Position numbers and translations under genes: made by a program. Of a stretch of 64,000 nucleotides of DNA, positions 27,718 to 41,200 are shown piece by piece. The DNA is from Lama glama (taxonomy: Eukaryota), in NCBI GenBank assembly GCA_028534125.1, contig CM052817.1, forward strand, positions 54,066,001 through 54,130,000, given 5' to 3'. Every line of letters begins with the position of its first letter. Within the stretch, counting starts at the first letter, position 1. The notes under the pieces are model-generated. The model did no database searches. It worked only from the letters and a program-made list of their open reading frames with translations, and was not told the origin of the DNA.

Positions 27718-28620
27718 TTGAGTGCCTTCATTTTTTAATTCTCTCTCAAGGTGTGCTACCATGTCTACCAAGGGTAACAACCATCTTGTAAATGTAAGGA
27801 AAAGGTCATTGTTGTAAGGTGAACTCTTTAGAACTAGATAAAAGACTCTTCATATTTTTGGTTGGTCCACAAATAAGTAATGATAAATATTTGCAGGACA
27901 AAACACAGGCATGATCACGATTCCTTTCACAATCTAGCATCTGGTGAGGCTTTGATTATTGTTTCTGTCTTCTCATGAGTCTTTTAGCAGAATGACATCA
28001 CTTGAAGATTTTTCAGAGCTGAAGAGAGCCGGCTTCCAACCAGTAAATGCTTCAATTGATAAAATTCACAATAACCTCATGGCTTACAGATTGAATGATA
28101 TCCAAATCAAGCCAGTTATATTGTGCCCTATCTGCTTTCGTTTCTAAAGTACTCACTGTATGGTTAAGCAGGCCACATTCAATCCAAACAGGATAAAGGG
28201 ATTTTTTTTTTCTTTCATCATGAGAATTAGCGGAAACATTTTCCAAGAGGAAAATTAAGCAACTCCTCTTTCGTCTTTTCAATTTTTATTCTCTTTAAAT
28301 GATTAAATTCCCTCATTTTGTAATGTGCTAAGGAAATAGATAATGTATACAGTTTACACTAAAACATTGGGGTAGATAAGTTAATGATTACTAAAATTAC
28401 TTTCCATTAAAACTACACATACAAGTTTTTAAAATATAATTAATATTTAATCAGTTAATGCATGGATATGGTATTAATTCAAAATGTAAAAAAGATATTA
28501 ACTGAAGATATTTTTCCCCTCAGGGACCCAGCTCACCTCCATAGAAAAACCACTCTGATGACTTGTTAATACTCATCTTTTGAATGGACTTTCACTATCA
28601 AATTAATTTTACCATAGTTA

Positions 28621-29062
28621 TTATGGTAGAGACAGCTAGTTAGTCAACAAAATTTTGTGTTCTTTATTCCAGACTGAGGGAAGTAGCCACCTATAGAAAC
28701 TACAGATGGGCAGAACACCTTTATCAGGTGTGGCTTTGTGACTAGTTCTTGCCAGTGGATCATGATTGAAAGCAGTAGGTGACCTTTCCAGGTCAGGGTT
28801 TCAAGGAGCTGTTAAGGTTCCTCTGTATCTAGTCTTGTACGCTGTCTCCCCTGCTAGCTGGATGCAAGGAACTCCTAGGCCCTAGGAAAAATGGGAATCA
28901 TAAGTTATAAGGATCCTAGGTTCTCTGATAACCATATGAAAGAAAATCACCTGCCAAAGTATCGACTCCAAAGTCTTAAAAGGACAAGAAATACACTTCT
29001 CTGTGTTAAGCCACTAAAATTCTGGGCTTATTTTAAAGAGCATCTAGCATTTCCTTAATACA
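28621..29062 (+). mobile_element. Old MaLR LTR (MLT1J/K-like)
   Basis: ggtgtggctttgtgactagttcttgccagtggat...gaaatacacttctctgtgttaagccactaaaattctggg...ttccttaataca. Confidence 0.7.
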
Positions 29063-32000
29063 GAATGGCCCTGCATATATTGCCATTTTGACATAATGGA
29101 CTTGAGAGGAACAAAAAGAAAAATAATATTTTCCCTATGCCTAAGAATATTAAAAGATTTTGATAAGTAGTTGTCACTTTTTAGTGAAATTGCTAATGCT
29201 GATTATATGCAAGCATACTTCACCTCACTATCTCTTTAGTATTTATTTTTTGACCCTTAAGAAATGAATTTGTAATCTAAAAGAAATAAAAGACTTTCTC
29301 TTTCAATATATTAATGTAGTATTCTGTTCCCAGTGGTTAAAACCTTTCTTTTTCTTTCCATTGACAAGCAAATAACATGTTAGAAGAATAAACAGAACAT
29401 TTGAATGTTTCCCTATATTCTTGCTAAAAGTCAAGAAAAAATATGATATGCTATAATCACATGACCATCTCACTATTACCTCTGTGAAATTATTTCTAGA
29501 GGATTTCTTTTCAACAAATACTAAGACTATGGTTATTCTTTTAATCTGCCAGATCACTTACAGTATCAAACATTAAGTGGTATTCCTTCAAGGTTGGAAA
29601 TAATGTTTCTCTGCCCATCACATCTGTTAAAGATCAGTTCTGATATAAGAAGGTGACCTATCATGTCTAAATTTGAAATTGCATATCTTTTAAACTGTAG
29701 TTTGTTGACTTACCCATGAGCAATCTTTGAAAATAGGATCCATTAGAGATGAAGAATCAATGCACTACTCACATCAGTTTAAAATTAAGAGTGGATTTTA
29801 GGAATGCGGCACTTGTCTTAAAGAAAAGTACTAAGTTAGAGAGTTAATAGATCTATAATTAAATGTTTGCATAACAGATTTCCTTGCATGAAAAGTTAAA
29901 TCAAGTAATTTTATAAAAAGAGGTATTAAGTATCACTTCTCTTGTTTTAACATGAAATACTCATAAAAATATAATTGATTCTGGTAGGTAGATTTCATAC
30001 ATATGTTCTAATTAGTCTAGGACTCTCCTGGTATACCCTTATAATTTTGACATAATATTAACACTGCCTACTTTGACCTTCAGAAATGTTTCTCCTTAAA
30101 CAAAAATACATATTGCCCTACATATGACATATCTTTGGTAACTATTATATATTTGTTATATTGCAGTTTCTTTTGGGGGGAAAGTTAACAGATGGTACCA
30201 AAAATAACCATGTATAATTTATCCCAATTTTATTCTGTATATTAAAACCAGCCACTCATAGGCAATATTTAAAATTCATATCAGAAGCTGGGGGGGTCCT
30301 AATTTGATATATTTGTTATCACAATATTACACATTTGAAAATAACATAGGGCATGCCAAAGGGAAGGAAGGATTAAGATATAACAATATTAGGTGAAGTT
30401 GCATTGCATAATCAGGATTGTACAAATAAATACAGGAAAGAAAATTCAGAAGGAAGAATTCTAAAATACTCAAAATACAGAGAAATTGAACTAAATAATA
30501 TGTAAAAGTATGAAACAATTCTTTAAAAATAATCCCAAACATTTTGGGTGTTTTCCCCATGAACCATGTTTACTTTTGTAATTTTAAGAGCTATGCTATT
30601 AAATATTAATATCTACAAAAATTAATCAGGCTCATTCCTACTCATAAATGACTTTATGAAACCTAATAAAAGTTTAAAAATAGTCTTTAGGGTGTAGTCC
30701 AAAATAGTATATACAGCATATTGTACCTTGCTTATTAATGAGGTATTTGCACAAGTGTGCAGAGTTAGAATTTATTATTTCAGAAAGTATGGAATAACAT
30801 AGGAGCATAGATTTCTCTGGGAATCCTGATGAGTAAATTTTAATTAATCTCAATATTAAATGATTTGGAACTCAGATATCTTTTTCCACGTAAAGTTGGC
30901 AAAAAGACTAACCAATAAGAATATTGTTGGAAGGATTTTCCTGCCTCATTCTTGCTGTGACTTCCTCTATATAGTTAACAGCTTCACAGTTGATAAGGCT
31001 TATCTACATAAACACAAACAAGTAAGTATTATCACATATTCAAACAGAATGCTAAACTATAAAATACAAAAAGAAAGAGACAATTTTAACACAAAAGAAT
31101 AATTTTTTTTCCTCTGAATCTTAAGCAAGAAACTACAAATGAGTTTATGGGTAAGTCAGGGCAATATTAATTTTCCAAAAAAGATAGTAATTTTGTTTCA
31201 AAAACACTGTCACATGGTTGAGCTGACTGTATATCACTAACAATTTCCTCAGGTATATTTCAAATCTAAGTCATATCTTTATGCTACTGCATATATCAAT
31301 GATTTAGATTATTCTCAATTAACAGTATAAATAAAAGGTATAGTAAAGTCTATATACCTATGATCTTGTAGGGTTTCCCATAAAAGACTTAACTCATGAA
31401 AAGAAGACAGATACATGTTTAAAAGATATTGGATGAAACATTTCACCGCCTTCTCTTCATACACATATGGTAAAACATGTGAAAAGGCCAACGAAAGAGT
31501 CAGATAAATGAAAGAATAATTATGTGACAAATCTGAGGTGTTTGGCCCCTTTATAACTAAGTTACACTTGGAAATTTATAAACAGTTATGTTTCTATATT
31601 TTTCAACTATGAAAATCAAAGATAATTTGTCCTGGCTCATTTGGTTCATTCAGGCAACATCTTCTCAAATTACAAATAAGTGAAGGCATACCATTCCTAA
31701 TGACATCATGTCTGAGGGAAAACATTTCTAATAAGCCTATAATAATTCATTACTTTACTATCTGGCTCTGACCAAATGTAATTATGAAAACCTAGCTTTG
31801 ACATAATTCCAGTTTGTGTTGCACAGTTATACCCTGATGGTCTTCAGCTCCTCCTTTCATTATCACCATCCAAAAGAACACTGGAACATAAGTGCATGCT
31901 ATGAATTTGAATGTAAACTGAGGTAAACCCTGACATTGTTGAGTCTGTGAACTTGAGAGATTGCTTACATTAATTAAGATCCTTGAATGACTGAAATGCA

Positions 32001-33113
32001 TTTTAAGCAGAATATTAAATACAGCCCCATTCACTGACCTCTTGAAGTGATAACTGTCATTCATGATAATTCATATTTGTATCCCAGATTCTAGAAGACA
32101 CCAGTCAAATACAAGCTAACTCTCTTTTTTCCAGATATTATTTGTTCAATTCACATAGTGTATTTTAAGTGATCTAATTGAATTCATGGAATTTTTATTA
32201 AAAAATCTAATTTTTTCTCCTCTTTAATAATAATAAGAAGATCCAACTGCACATGGCTAGCACTGAAACAACAAACCTCTAGACAATGTACTTTAGTTTA
32301 ACACAGCTCTTACCATTATTACCCTAAAGCCACAGTAGTTTGTCTTTACATCTCAATACACAAACACTGAGTGAGTCTGTAAAATGCTATTTTTTTTGTC
32401 ATTTTCATTTCTAATTTTACCTCAGTTATTGTTTGTTTTCAGATTTTTGTTTTGTTTTGTTTTCTCAGTTTATTTATAATGCCAACTCTGCCTAGGAGGT
32501 CTTATTATTATTTTCCTGTTTATACTTGTGAAACTGTCTACAGCTTTCCACAGCAAGGTAACAGGAACAATGCTTATGCTGTTAACTTGATCAGTGGAAG
32601 AACGAAGAGCATCGTTAGGTGGTTTGTGTCTGTTATGTTCAAGGACATCATCAAGCTGAAACAGAAGGAGTAAGACTGGGAGTACAGAGACAAGATCTGA
32701 GAGGAAAACCTGTGTGGGCAAGTGTGGGAGGTACGTAATGGAAGCAGATTGTCCAATTTATTCCCTTTCTATGTAGGCCTGTACTCATGTGGTAGAACCA
32801 CTATTTTCCTAAGACAGAAGTTGGGACTTTATTTTTTACCCCTTATGTACCACATTCAATTAATGACAGATTTCACTCAACTCAGTCTCTCATTCTTTGT
32901 TTATTCTACAACTGCCCTAGATCAAGCCTCTCACATCAGGACAACTTGTTACACATGTCTACCTCCAGTATCTCCATTATACACATGCAGGCCTCCGTTA
33001 TCTTTCCCCTTCAAATCAATCTTCATTATGCATCTAGACACAAACTCTCCTAATGGAGGAATTTACCATACGTCTTCACTTAAAACCCTTCAGTGGGCCC
33101 TCTTCATAGTTAT

Positions 33114-33732
33114 TTCTATGGATAGATTTGTGTTCTTCCAAACCATATGTTGAGGCCCTAACCTCCAATGTGACTGTATTGGAGTTAGGAGCTTTAAAGA
33201 AGTAATTAAAATTAAATGAGGGGAAAGGATAGGAGGGATAACGTAGGGATTGAGGACTAACATATACCCTACTATACAGAAAACAGATAAACAACAAGGA
33301 CCACTGTATAGCACAGGGTACTATATTCAATACTTTGTAATAACATATGAAGGAAAAGAATATGAAAAAAGATAGATATAAATAAATATATATATATTGT
33401 ATAACTGAATCACTTTGCTATATACCTGAAACATTGTAAATAAACTACATTCCAATAAATAAAAATTAGATGAGCCATAGGGTATGCCCTAATCTAACAG
33501 GACTGTGTCTACACAAAAAGGAAGAGACCAACGTTGCCCATCCACAGAGAAAAGGCCATGTGAGGAAACAAAGTCATCTAAAAGTCAAGGAGAGAGACCT
33601 CAGGAGAAAGCAAATCTCTCAACACCTCGATCTTAGAATTCTAGCTTCCAGAACTGTGAGAACTTAAATATCTGTTGTTTAAATCACACGGTCTGTGGCA
33701 TTTTGTTATGGAAGCCCTAGCAAACTACTACA
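33114..33732 (+). mobile_element. MaLR solo LTR (MLT1A-like) containing an L1 insertion
   Basis: catatgttgaggccctaacctccaatgtgactgtattggag...ccagaactgtgagaac...ttttgttatggaagccctagcaaactactaca; perfect TSD GTTAT at 33109-33113 and 33733-33737. Confidence 0.9.
33221..33461 (+). mobile_element. L1 3'-end insertion nested in the MLT1A LTR
   Basis: aacagataaacaacaaggaccactgtatagcacagggtactatattcaatac...aactgaatcactttgctatatacctgaa; TSD AAAATTAAATGAG (33208-33220) / AAAATTAGATGAG (33462-33474). Confidence 0.9.
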
Positions 33733-36286
33733 GTTATTATAAAATCCAATATTCTGAATATGATCATCAAGGTCATCATTTTTCCTCTATGTACCTCATC
33801 TTTTCCTAGTCCTTGATCTATACTTTAACTTCCAGTGTCACTGAACTGCATTAGTACCCTCACTTCTGTGCAATCCCAAACCTCTCCTTTCAGTCCACAT
33901 TTACTCCTTAGCCTTCAGTGACTTTCTGATGCCTTTGTTATGCACACTTCAAGACTTAGCTAAGATTCCACCCCTTATGTTTCCGGTCCACTTCAGGCTA
34001 CATTAGGAGCCCTTTCATTTGGTCACTTAGTTATCTGTATCACTCTCACTGCATCTACTACATTTTATTCAATGCAATTGCTTATGTAATCCTCTCCATT
34101 AAAACTCCTTATAGTGAGGAACCATTTTCATCATGTTTAAGTTCCTGGAACTTAGCAGGACTCATGGCACAGCAGTGTAAGTGGAAGCATCTTTAGTAAT
34201 AGCTCATCTCTATGGTTAATTTAAGTACATTTATGCTGTCAAGCCTGGACTTTGCTCAGCATCAGCTCTCAATACTCATTTCATATATATAACCTTTCAA
34301 TAAAGGTCTATGGCAATATAGAGACCCTGAGTATTTTTTGGCTGTTTGAAAAAACTCGTATTCTTTTGTATTAAATAATTTTACTGACAAAACCAAACAG
34401 CCTTTTGGTTTCTTTTAGGCTTTTACTTTGAAATGAAGGGTCTTAAACTACCCATAATATAACCATATCCCTAGACTATAAGCAGAACTACTTGTTCATC
34501 ACAGTTTTGATACAGAATATGGAATGATTAATGAAAGTATATATTCTTGCATTTATTATGACTGACTCAACTGGAGCTGCCAGATACTTCTAAGAAGTAG
34601 CATCACACTGTATGTTTTATTCTTGCAGACACAGGTTTGCTGTAGACATTTCTTATGAAACATTGTTTTCTCTTACGAAACAAAATTAACAATCTTCTTT
34701 ACTCAATGCATATGCACAGAAGCTGAAAAAGACTACTTACTGAAGCTCCAAATTCTGCAAAATTTACTTCCTTGTTTCCTTCCTCCCCCACTCCGACTTT
34801 AGTGGATCCTTTATTCCACATTATGTTTTACAAACCAAAGCATCTTGTCACAAAGAACCACAGTCAAGGCAAGAAGCTAAGAGAAAAGTCTGGACAAAGT
34901 CTTGTTGAGGTGGTAGAAGAAACTAAAAGCCCTCAATAAACTGTAGTTTCTTGCACTAATCTTCTGCGAAACCCTGATGACCCAAGTAGTAGATAATCCA
35001 AGTCATTTTCATTTGGTTTAGCATGTATCACTTTATCTTTCTTGACAACATGTGTACCCTAAAGGTTGTTTATTTTGGCCTAACATTAAAATGATTTACA
35101 TTCTCTGATAGGGGACATGGCAACAGTGAAGGATGGTACAAATAAGCTAAAGACTGGTTCTTGTGAACACTAGTTCTGGACCAGATGCACATAGGCCAAA
35201 GGGAGTTACGTATCTGACCCTTCCCTATACACACCACCCTTTTCTACACTCTATCCTTAGAGTGAGAAAAGCTCCAGTATCTCCCTCCATTTTTGGCTTA
35301 GACACTTTAGCCAGGTAACAAGGCTGACAAGTTGGAAGTGGTTAATTAGTAACATTCTTAAGGCCAGGGCTTTAGATAGAAATACTTTTTTTCTTTTTTA
35401 TAATATCTGGACTCTCTCCTTTCTTGTCTTTTCATAGTAACACAACTTTAAAGGCTTCCCAAAAACCTGAATAATTAACTTTTGATTTCCATTTTAGTGC
35501 ACAGTAGTTTTTTCCTATAATGAAAATGTTTCCTAATTTTTGGTAGATTAATGGGCTTCATGTGTTTATAATATAATTTTTATTGATTTTTTTCTATTCT
35601 GACTGAAATGGAAAACAGTTTTCAAATGTTTGGTTGCTGATAAAAGCAATATATATTTATTTTCTGTTACAAATGAATCATACCATTTACTGTAAAACAT
35701 CTAGCAATGTTTCATTTAGTACATGTTTTAAGAGATGTTAGGACGCCGTAAAAACTGCAGCAATTATTGTCATGAACATATGGAATTGTTTTATCAAATC
35801 TTAAAGTGTAATTTAAACTAGACAAATGGGAAGAAAGGCTCATTTGATATTTTGCATTGTTTTAAGACTTTTTTTTCCTGGTAAGTCATAATATGCAATT
35901 TTAAACATTTTCCATATGGAATTCACTAGTTATTTCTTTCCAAGAGTAAGATGTGATGGTTCTCCTCTTTTTATCTTTTACGAACATTTTATTTCAGAAT
36001 AAAAATACCACTGATTTTTTTTTTTTTAAATTTAAGGAATCCTGGAGGTTGTAGTTAGGAGGAAGCCTGGCCAGTGCTTCCCACATCCAGTTTCTTTCTT
36101 TAGTTGCACCTCAACAAGCTGGAGTGCAGAGCTGGCAGTGACAGAAAGGAGGGACCCAGGTCTCGGTTAGAAGCATCAGCACACACTCAGGGGTGAGTAC
36201 CAGCCCAAGGCTTCACTGCTAGTCTCCTCAGATCAGTGACAAAAAGAGGAGGAGAATTTGCAAATGCCTTATGTAAAACTTGTAAC

Positions 36287-36308
36287 AAAACAACAACAAC
36301 AACAACAA
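36287..36308. repeat. (AAC)n microsatellite
   Basis: Read directly from sequence. Confidence 0.85.
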
Positions 36309-38162
36309 AAAATTTGAATTCAACTTTAATTCCTGCCAAATATCTCTTCTTTAATGTAGGACCTCCAATCAGATGACAAGGCATTCCCGTGCTCTATGTG
36401 CTGTGAGACTGAAACAGAGGCACAGTTTTCTTTCAAAATTGGAGTGCTCCGCTGTGGGAACACTGTTTGTCTTCTTTGGCTTGGTTTGGTTCTGTTGAGG
36501 GGAAGTGGTACTGCAGAGACCTGAAAGATTCTGAGTCTTTGTGATTGGCATTGTTAATTACAGTAGAGGGAAAACCAGTTTGTGATATGCCACATAAAAT
36601 TCTGACTTACTTTCGTAACGGAAGGAGAGTTTTGACTACCTCCCTGCATTTATTTCTCTTGTTTTCTGTCAAGAACAAACAGATTTACCTCTGTTGAGCA
36701 TTGTTATTTTTAGGCATGTGCCTCCCCCCAGGATCAGAACCATTCTTAGTCATTAGTGCCATTAAACCAAAGGCCAGAGGTCAGGCAAAAGGGGGCGGGG
36801 AGGGAGACTAAGAGGAATGGGAGTTAGATTCGTTTTTCAAACGGCTGCTGTTTCCTGTTCAGTTTTTCCTTCTGAAAATATTCTAAGTGCTGAGAGATGA
36901 CTACTTATCCCCAAACCTATGGTCATATGTGAAAGAGCCTACTTAAACAATCCTTGTCCTAGTTTTACTAGGGAGGGTCTTCACAAGCCAAGGCAAAATC
37001 TGATCCTCTTTAGGTTTGTGGAATTTCTAACTATAAGAAAATGCGTAATATATATTTGAAAAGACCCCTGAAGTTTTCTAAGCTCCTAGACTAGATTCTC
37101 CAAGAGGTATTTCCTTACAAGAGAACTTCCTATCATTTTCAGTAATAGCAAACTTTGTATTCAAACCCTTCCTTCTGACACTTAATAGTTTCTATTCCAC
37201 AATTTCGCCTGCTGGGTTTAAAACTGGAGCTGGCTTCCCACTGTGCTGGTTACTTCATTAAGAAGAAAATGCTGGAGTGATGACATTGCCTATAATCCTT
37301 CTGAAAATTCTCTGTTAATTACTAACATAAACAGTGTGTGGGTGACTATTCCTTATGTGGCCTATCTAGATGTTTCAAACAACACTGACAGAATAAAATG
37401 ACACTGGTGAGTTGAAACTTACAAGGATAGGCCTTCCTTAAAAAATTTATGAAGATTATTGCTTGAAATATCATACTTAAATAGAAGAGAGAAAATCTAC
37501 AAAATCTTATCATTCAATATCATTCAAGACTAAAGGAATGATTTGTGGATACATTCCCAAGCCACACTTCTTGTCAAGCTAGTGACATTTTTATGGCTCA
37601 AAATATAGCCTCTTTAAGCATACAGATGAACTTTTAAGTGGGAAGCAAATGCTTTCAAGAAATAATAATAGCTTTGTTTATATCTGTAATATATTATACA
37701 GTATTATATTTGGCATGATTCTTTCTAAAGGGTAAGTTATTTTGTGATATTCCACATAAAATTTTGAATTGCCTTTGGAGTAAGGGTGGATAGTTTTCAT
37801 TATCTCCCCAGTATCTATTTCACTCATTTTCTATCAGGAATATATATATAAAAAACTTTGGTGAGCACTGTTCCATCATTTTGAGGCATATGCTTTACCT
37901 GAAATTGGAACAGTTCTTAGCTTCAGAGATAACTTTAGTAAGAAAGTGATGACATTCTTACATAGGACTATACAATAAGGAATGGGGTAGGGAAAAGAGA
38001 CTATACATACTACAGAAATGAGGCCTGAGGTCCCAGAATTTAAAGAATGAAAGCCCCCCCAAAATTTTTTTAAAAAAAAAACTTTCTGGTTTCAAAGGAA
38101 AAATTCATGTGCTTTAAGGATTTTTCCCAGAACCAGAAGTCTTTATCCAAAGGTCATAATAT

Positions 38163-38204
38163 GAAGTTGATATATTGCTAAAGAAGTTGATGTATTGCTA
38201 AAGA
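38163..38204. repeat. 20-bp tandem duplication
   Basis: GAAGTTGATATATTGCTAAA followed by GAAGTTGATGTATTGCTAAA (one mismatch). Confidence 0.9.
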
Positions 38205-41200
38205 CATAATGGAGAGAGATTCTTTCTGAGACAAAATTCTTTAAATACTTCACTTTAGACTTATATAGGAAAACAAACACCTGATTGACACCTCTAATTC
38301 AACAACAGAGGATAAAACAAAAATATGAATCTCTAGTAATAATAATAGTAACTACTTTAGCATTGTGCTATTACACATGTGAAAAAACAGATTTTTCTAT
38401 CCTCAGTATGATCCTTCAAGCCAAGTATTTTACCTCTAACTTGCTCATAGAAGCAATGTGCACCAGGACACATGGCTTGGATTTCAAATCAAAGTCTGCT
38501 GTAAAGATTGCAAAGCACATGCTATGAACCTATAAGGTGAGATTTAAGTATCTAAGGAGGAAGGAGTTGGTTTCTAAACCTCTTCCTAAAACTAATATAA
38601 TTTTGGAACTCTAAGACATGTTTTCCTTAATAAATCTCTATATCACTGTTGAATATCTCATTTCCAGTTTGTTTCCTCTTTAATCAGGAAATTTCATTTT
38701 TGAATTATAGTAGAAGAATTTAAACTAAGTTTTTTCATGTTGCCAATAAATGAAAGACATACAATATCAAATGAGTCAGTCCGCTTTCCAAATAAACTAG
38801 TTATGAAAATAGATTAATTAATATATAAAGGCTCAGGATCACATTTAACTTTGGATGAATCATTTTATCTGTTTGAGCATCATTACTATCAATACTAAAA
38901 TAAAATGTCTTATCTTCCTGATATAAATAATAAATTTTTAAAAATAAAACAATGAAATAAATGGATGAGAAACATGTTCCTCTACTTCTTAATAAATGAG
39001 AGGAAAAGTAAACCTTTTGAAATCTTGAACCATTAGATAACAATATAACTATATGATTCCAGTGTAAATACATTTTTTAATGGAATTAATCAGCATTCTA
39101 GAAATACACATCATAAACGCTCTATATACTTATATCTCAGATATTCTCATTTATTTGTATTTGTATACATGTTGTATACACAGGTATACCAACACTGCTG
39201 GCATAAATAGTTTCAAAGCTGCCATGCTAGGGGTACACTGAGTTCATGCTATAGAACATGTTCTTCCATTGTTTCCCACGAGAAATTGTGGTACAACAGA
39301 CTAGAGGAGTCTAGCAGGTAAGATGTATGTTGTAGCTTCTTTTTGTCATTTGTTGCTGACATCATTTTATAATGCAATTAAAGCTTGATATCAAATATGT
39401 ATTCAACTACATCACATGGATACTTATCTTTTCCTTCATGTGTAATGATGCAACATTTTAGACAGGTTACATACTTCACATCTTACAGAGAAAAATTTTT
39501 TTCCTGTTAGTTTGCAGATGGAGCTCATATTCCATTCCAATATCCATGTGGCCTTGTGCTGCTTTTAATAATTTATACTTTTTCACTTCTATAACTTTCA
39601 CTGAAAGATTACACATAATTTTTGTTGTTATAGGTGTAGGGTTTTTTTTTTTTAAATGTCACAGCAGGGAAATGCTCTTGGAGGAAATAATTTAATGTAA
39701 GTCATTTGAAGGACTATACCCTTTTCTCCCCCCTCCAAGAATTGAACTTGGAAAGTAATTCAGAATCCTATCTCCTCAGGCAAGGATGATCTACTTGAAT
39801 TCCTTGGAAAGGTGAAAGGCCTTTTATTATGACAAATTTTGCAGAGACTAATTTGTGAAAAAGGAGTACATTTTTGTGAACCTAATTTCTAAAATACATA
39901 GAGAAATAATTCACACTGTCTAGATGGTTATAAATGATAAAACTAGTCATAGATATTATACACCATACTCTAAAGAAAAGACAAATATTTGTGGTTTGAG
40001 GGTAGAATTAAGATAGTAAAAATCAGTATCTAAATAAAGGTAGAATCATGCAGATATAATATATATCAGAGTCACATATATAACATATTCTTATGTAACA
40101 GAAATGCCCAAGGATGTAGCACACAGCTAGGCCAGGCAGGCTTTATGGGTATAATTATGAAAGAAAACAAAAAAATACTATTGCCATGAAATTAAAAATA
40201 AGTATTAATAAATCAACAGATAATATTAGAATATTATCTTTAATAAGATGTTCATATTGGCAGAGGACTGCTGTAAATCTTTCACATAAAATTACTACAC
40301 TGTATTTGATGAGTAAATTCAAATCTCCAGGAGTACACTTATTAAATATAAAACATACAGCATTGTTTAGATGACCAGTGGTGAAGATCTGGGAACATCA
40401 AAGTATCTCTAAATAATTCAGCAACATCAACAATTCTATCTGAAAAGGTTCTTTTTAAGTTCAGTTGTCACCTACTTCCCTTCAAGCCCATAACCGTCAA
40501 GTTCCTCCTTTTGTAACAATCATCTCCATCTCTTCCTGTCTTTTTTATTACTTTTGAAGTATTTTCTCTGTTTATATTTTAATATTTTTGTAGGCTTGAA
40601 TTCTTTTCCAAATATTACTTCCTCAATACACTAACAAGTCTAAGAAACGTCTCCAAATGTTTATTTTCATAGTACTAATAGCTCTGGATACTAGCAGTTT
40701 TGGAAAGACCTCAAGTCTTTTTGAGCCAAAGTACCGAAACATATATTTATAAATCGAAATCAGCCCATATGCATGAAAAAACATGTTTTGCTCTTACCAT
40801 TTGGTAAATCTAGTTACAAATAAACATGATTTACATATCTTTCTGCAACAAATATGACAAAGTAAGTATCTAATTTTATAGAAAATGGTATCAATTAATG
40901 TAATTTTTCATATTAACAAATATTAGAGAAATGGTTATCCCCCAACAATTTGAGAAATACCATTTTTTCCCTATAGTGAAACTATAATCACATCAACACA
41001 TCATGGGAAAGTTCGAAATGCTTTACATAGACTGACTTCTTAACTATACCTCATTTGGTCATAGTGTTAATAATAAAGAAATAATAAATCAGTTAAAGCT
41101 TGTGTCTAACAGAGTATTCAGGGAAGCAAATTTACAATATATTTCACAATAATCTGGCAGGAAATGGAAAATACTAAACATGAATAAACTGACATCTATA

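Larger units (their letters stand above)
32790..34175 (+). mobile_element. L2 fragment split by an MLT1A LTR
   Basis: The left arm ends ...cacttaaaacccttcagtgggccctc and the right arm resumes ataaaatccaatattctgaatatgatcatcaaggtc through an L2-like tail. Confidence 0.65.

Noticed and set aside
29715..29816. Possible 102-nt poison exon with a strong donor TGG|GTAAGT
   Set aside because: Weak AAG acceptor with a short tract and an early stop; such site pairs are expected by chance in a 50-kb intron.
32722..33153. 143-aa ORF
   Set aside because: Runs across L2 and MLT1A sequence; a chance frame.
34741..34754. Possible microexon (tttgcAG|14 nt|GTAAGT on the minus strand)
   Set aside because: 14 nt is frameshifting, the pyrimidine tract is poor, and it is not the known KVEQK mini-exon, which lies after the next lectin exon.
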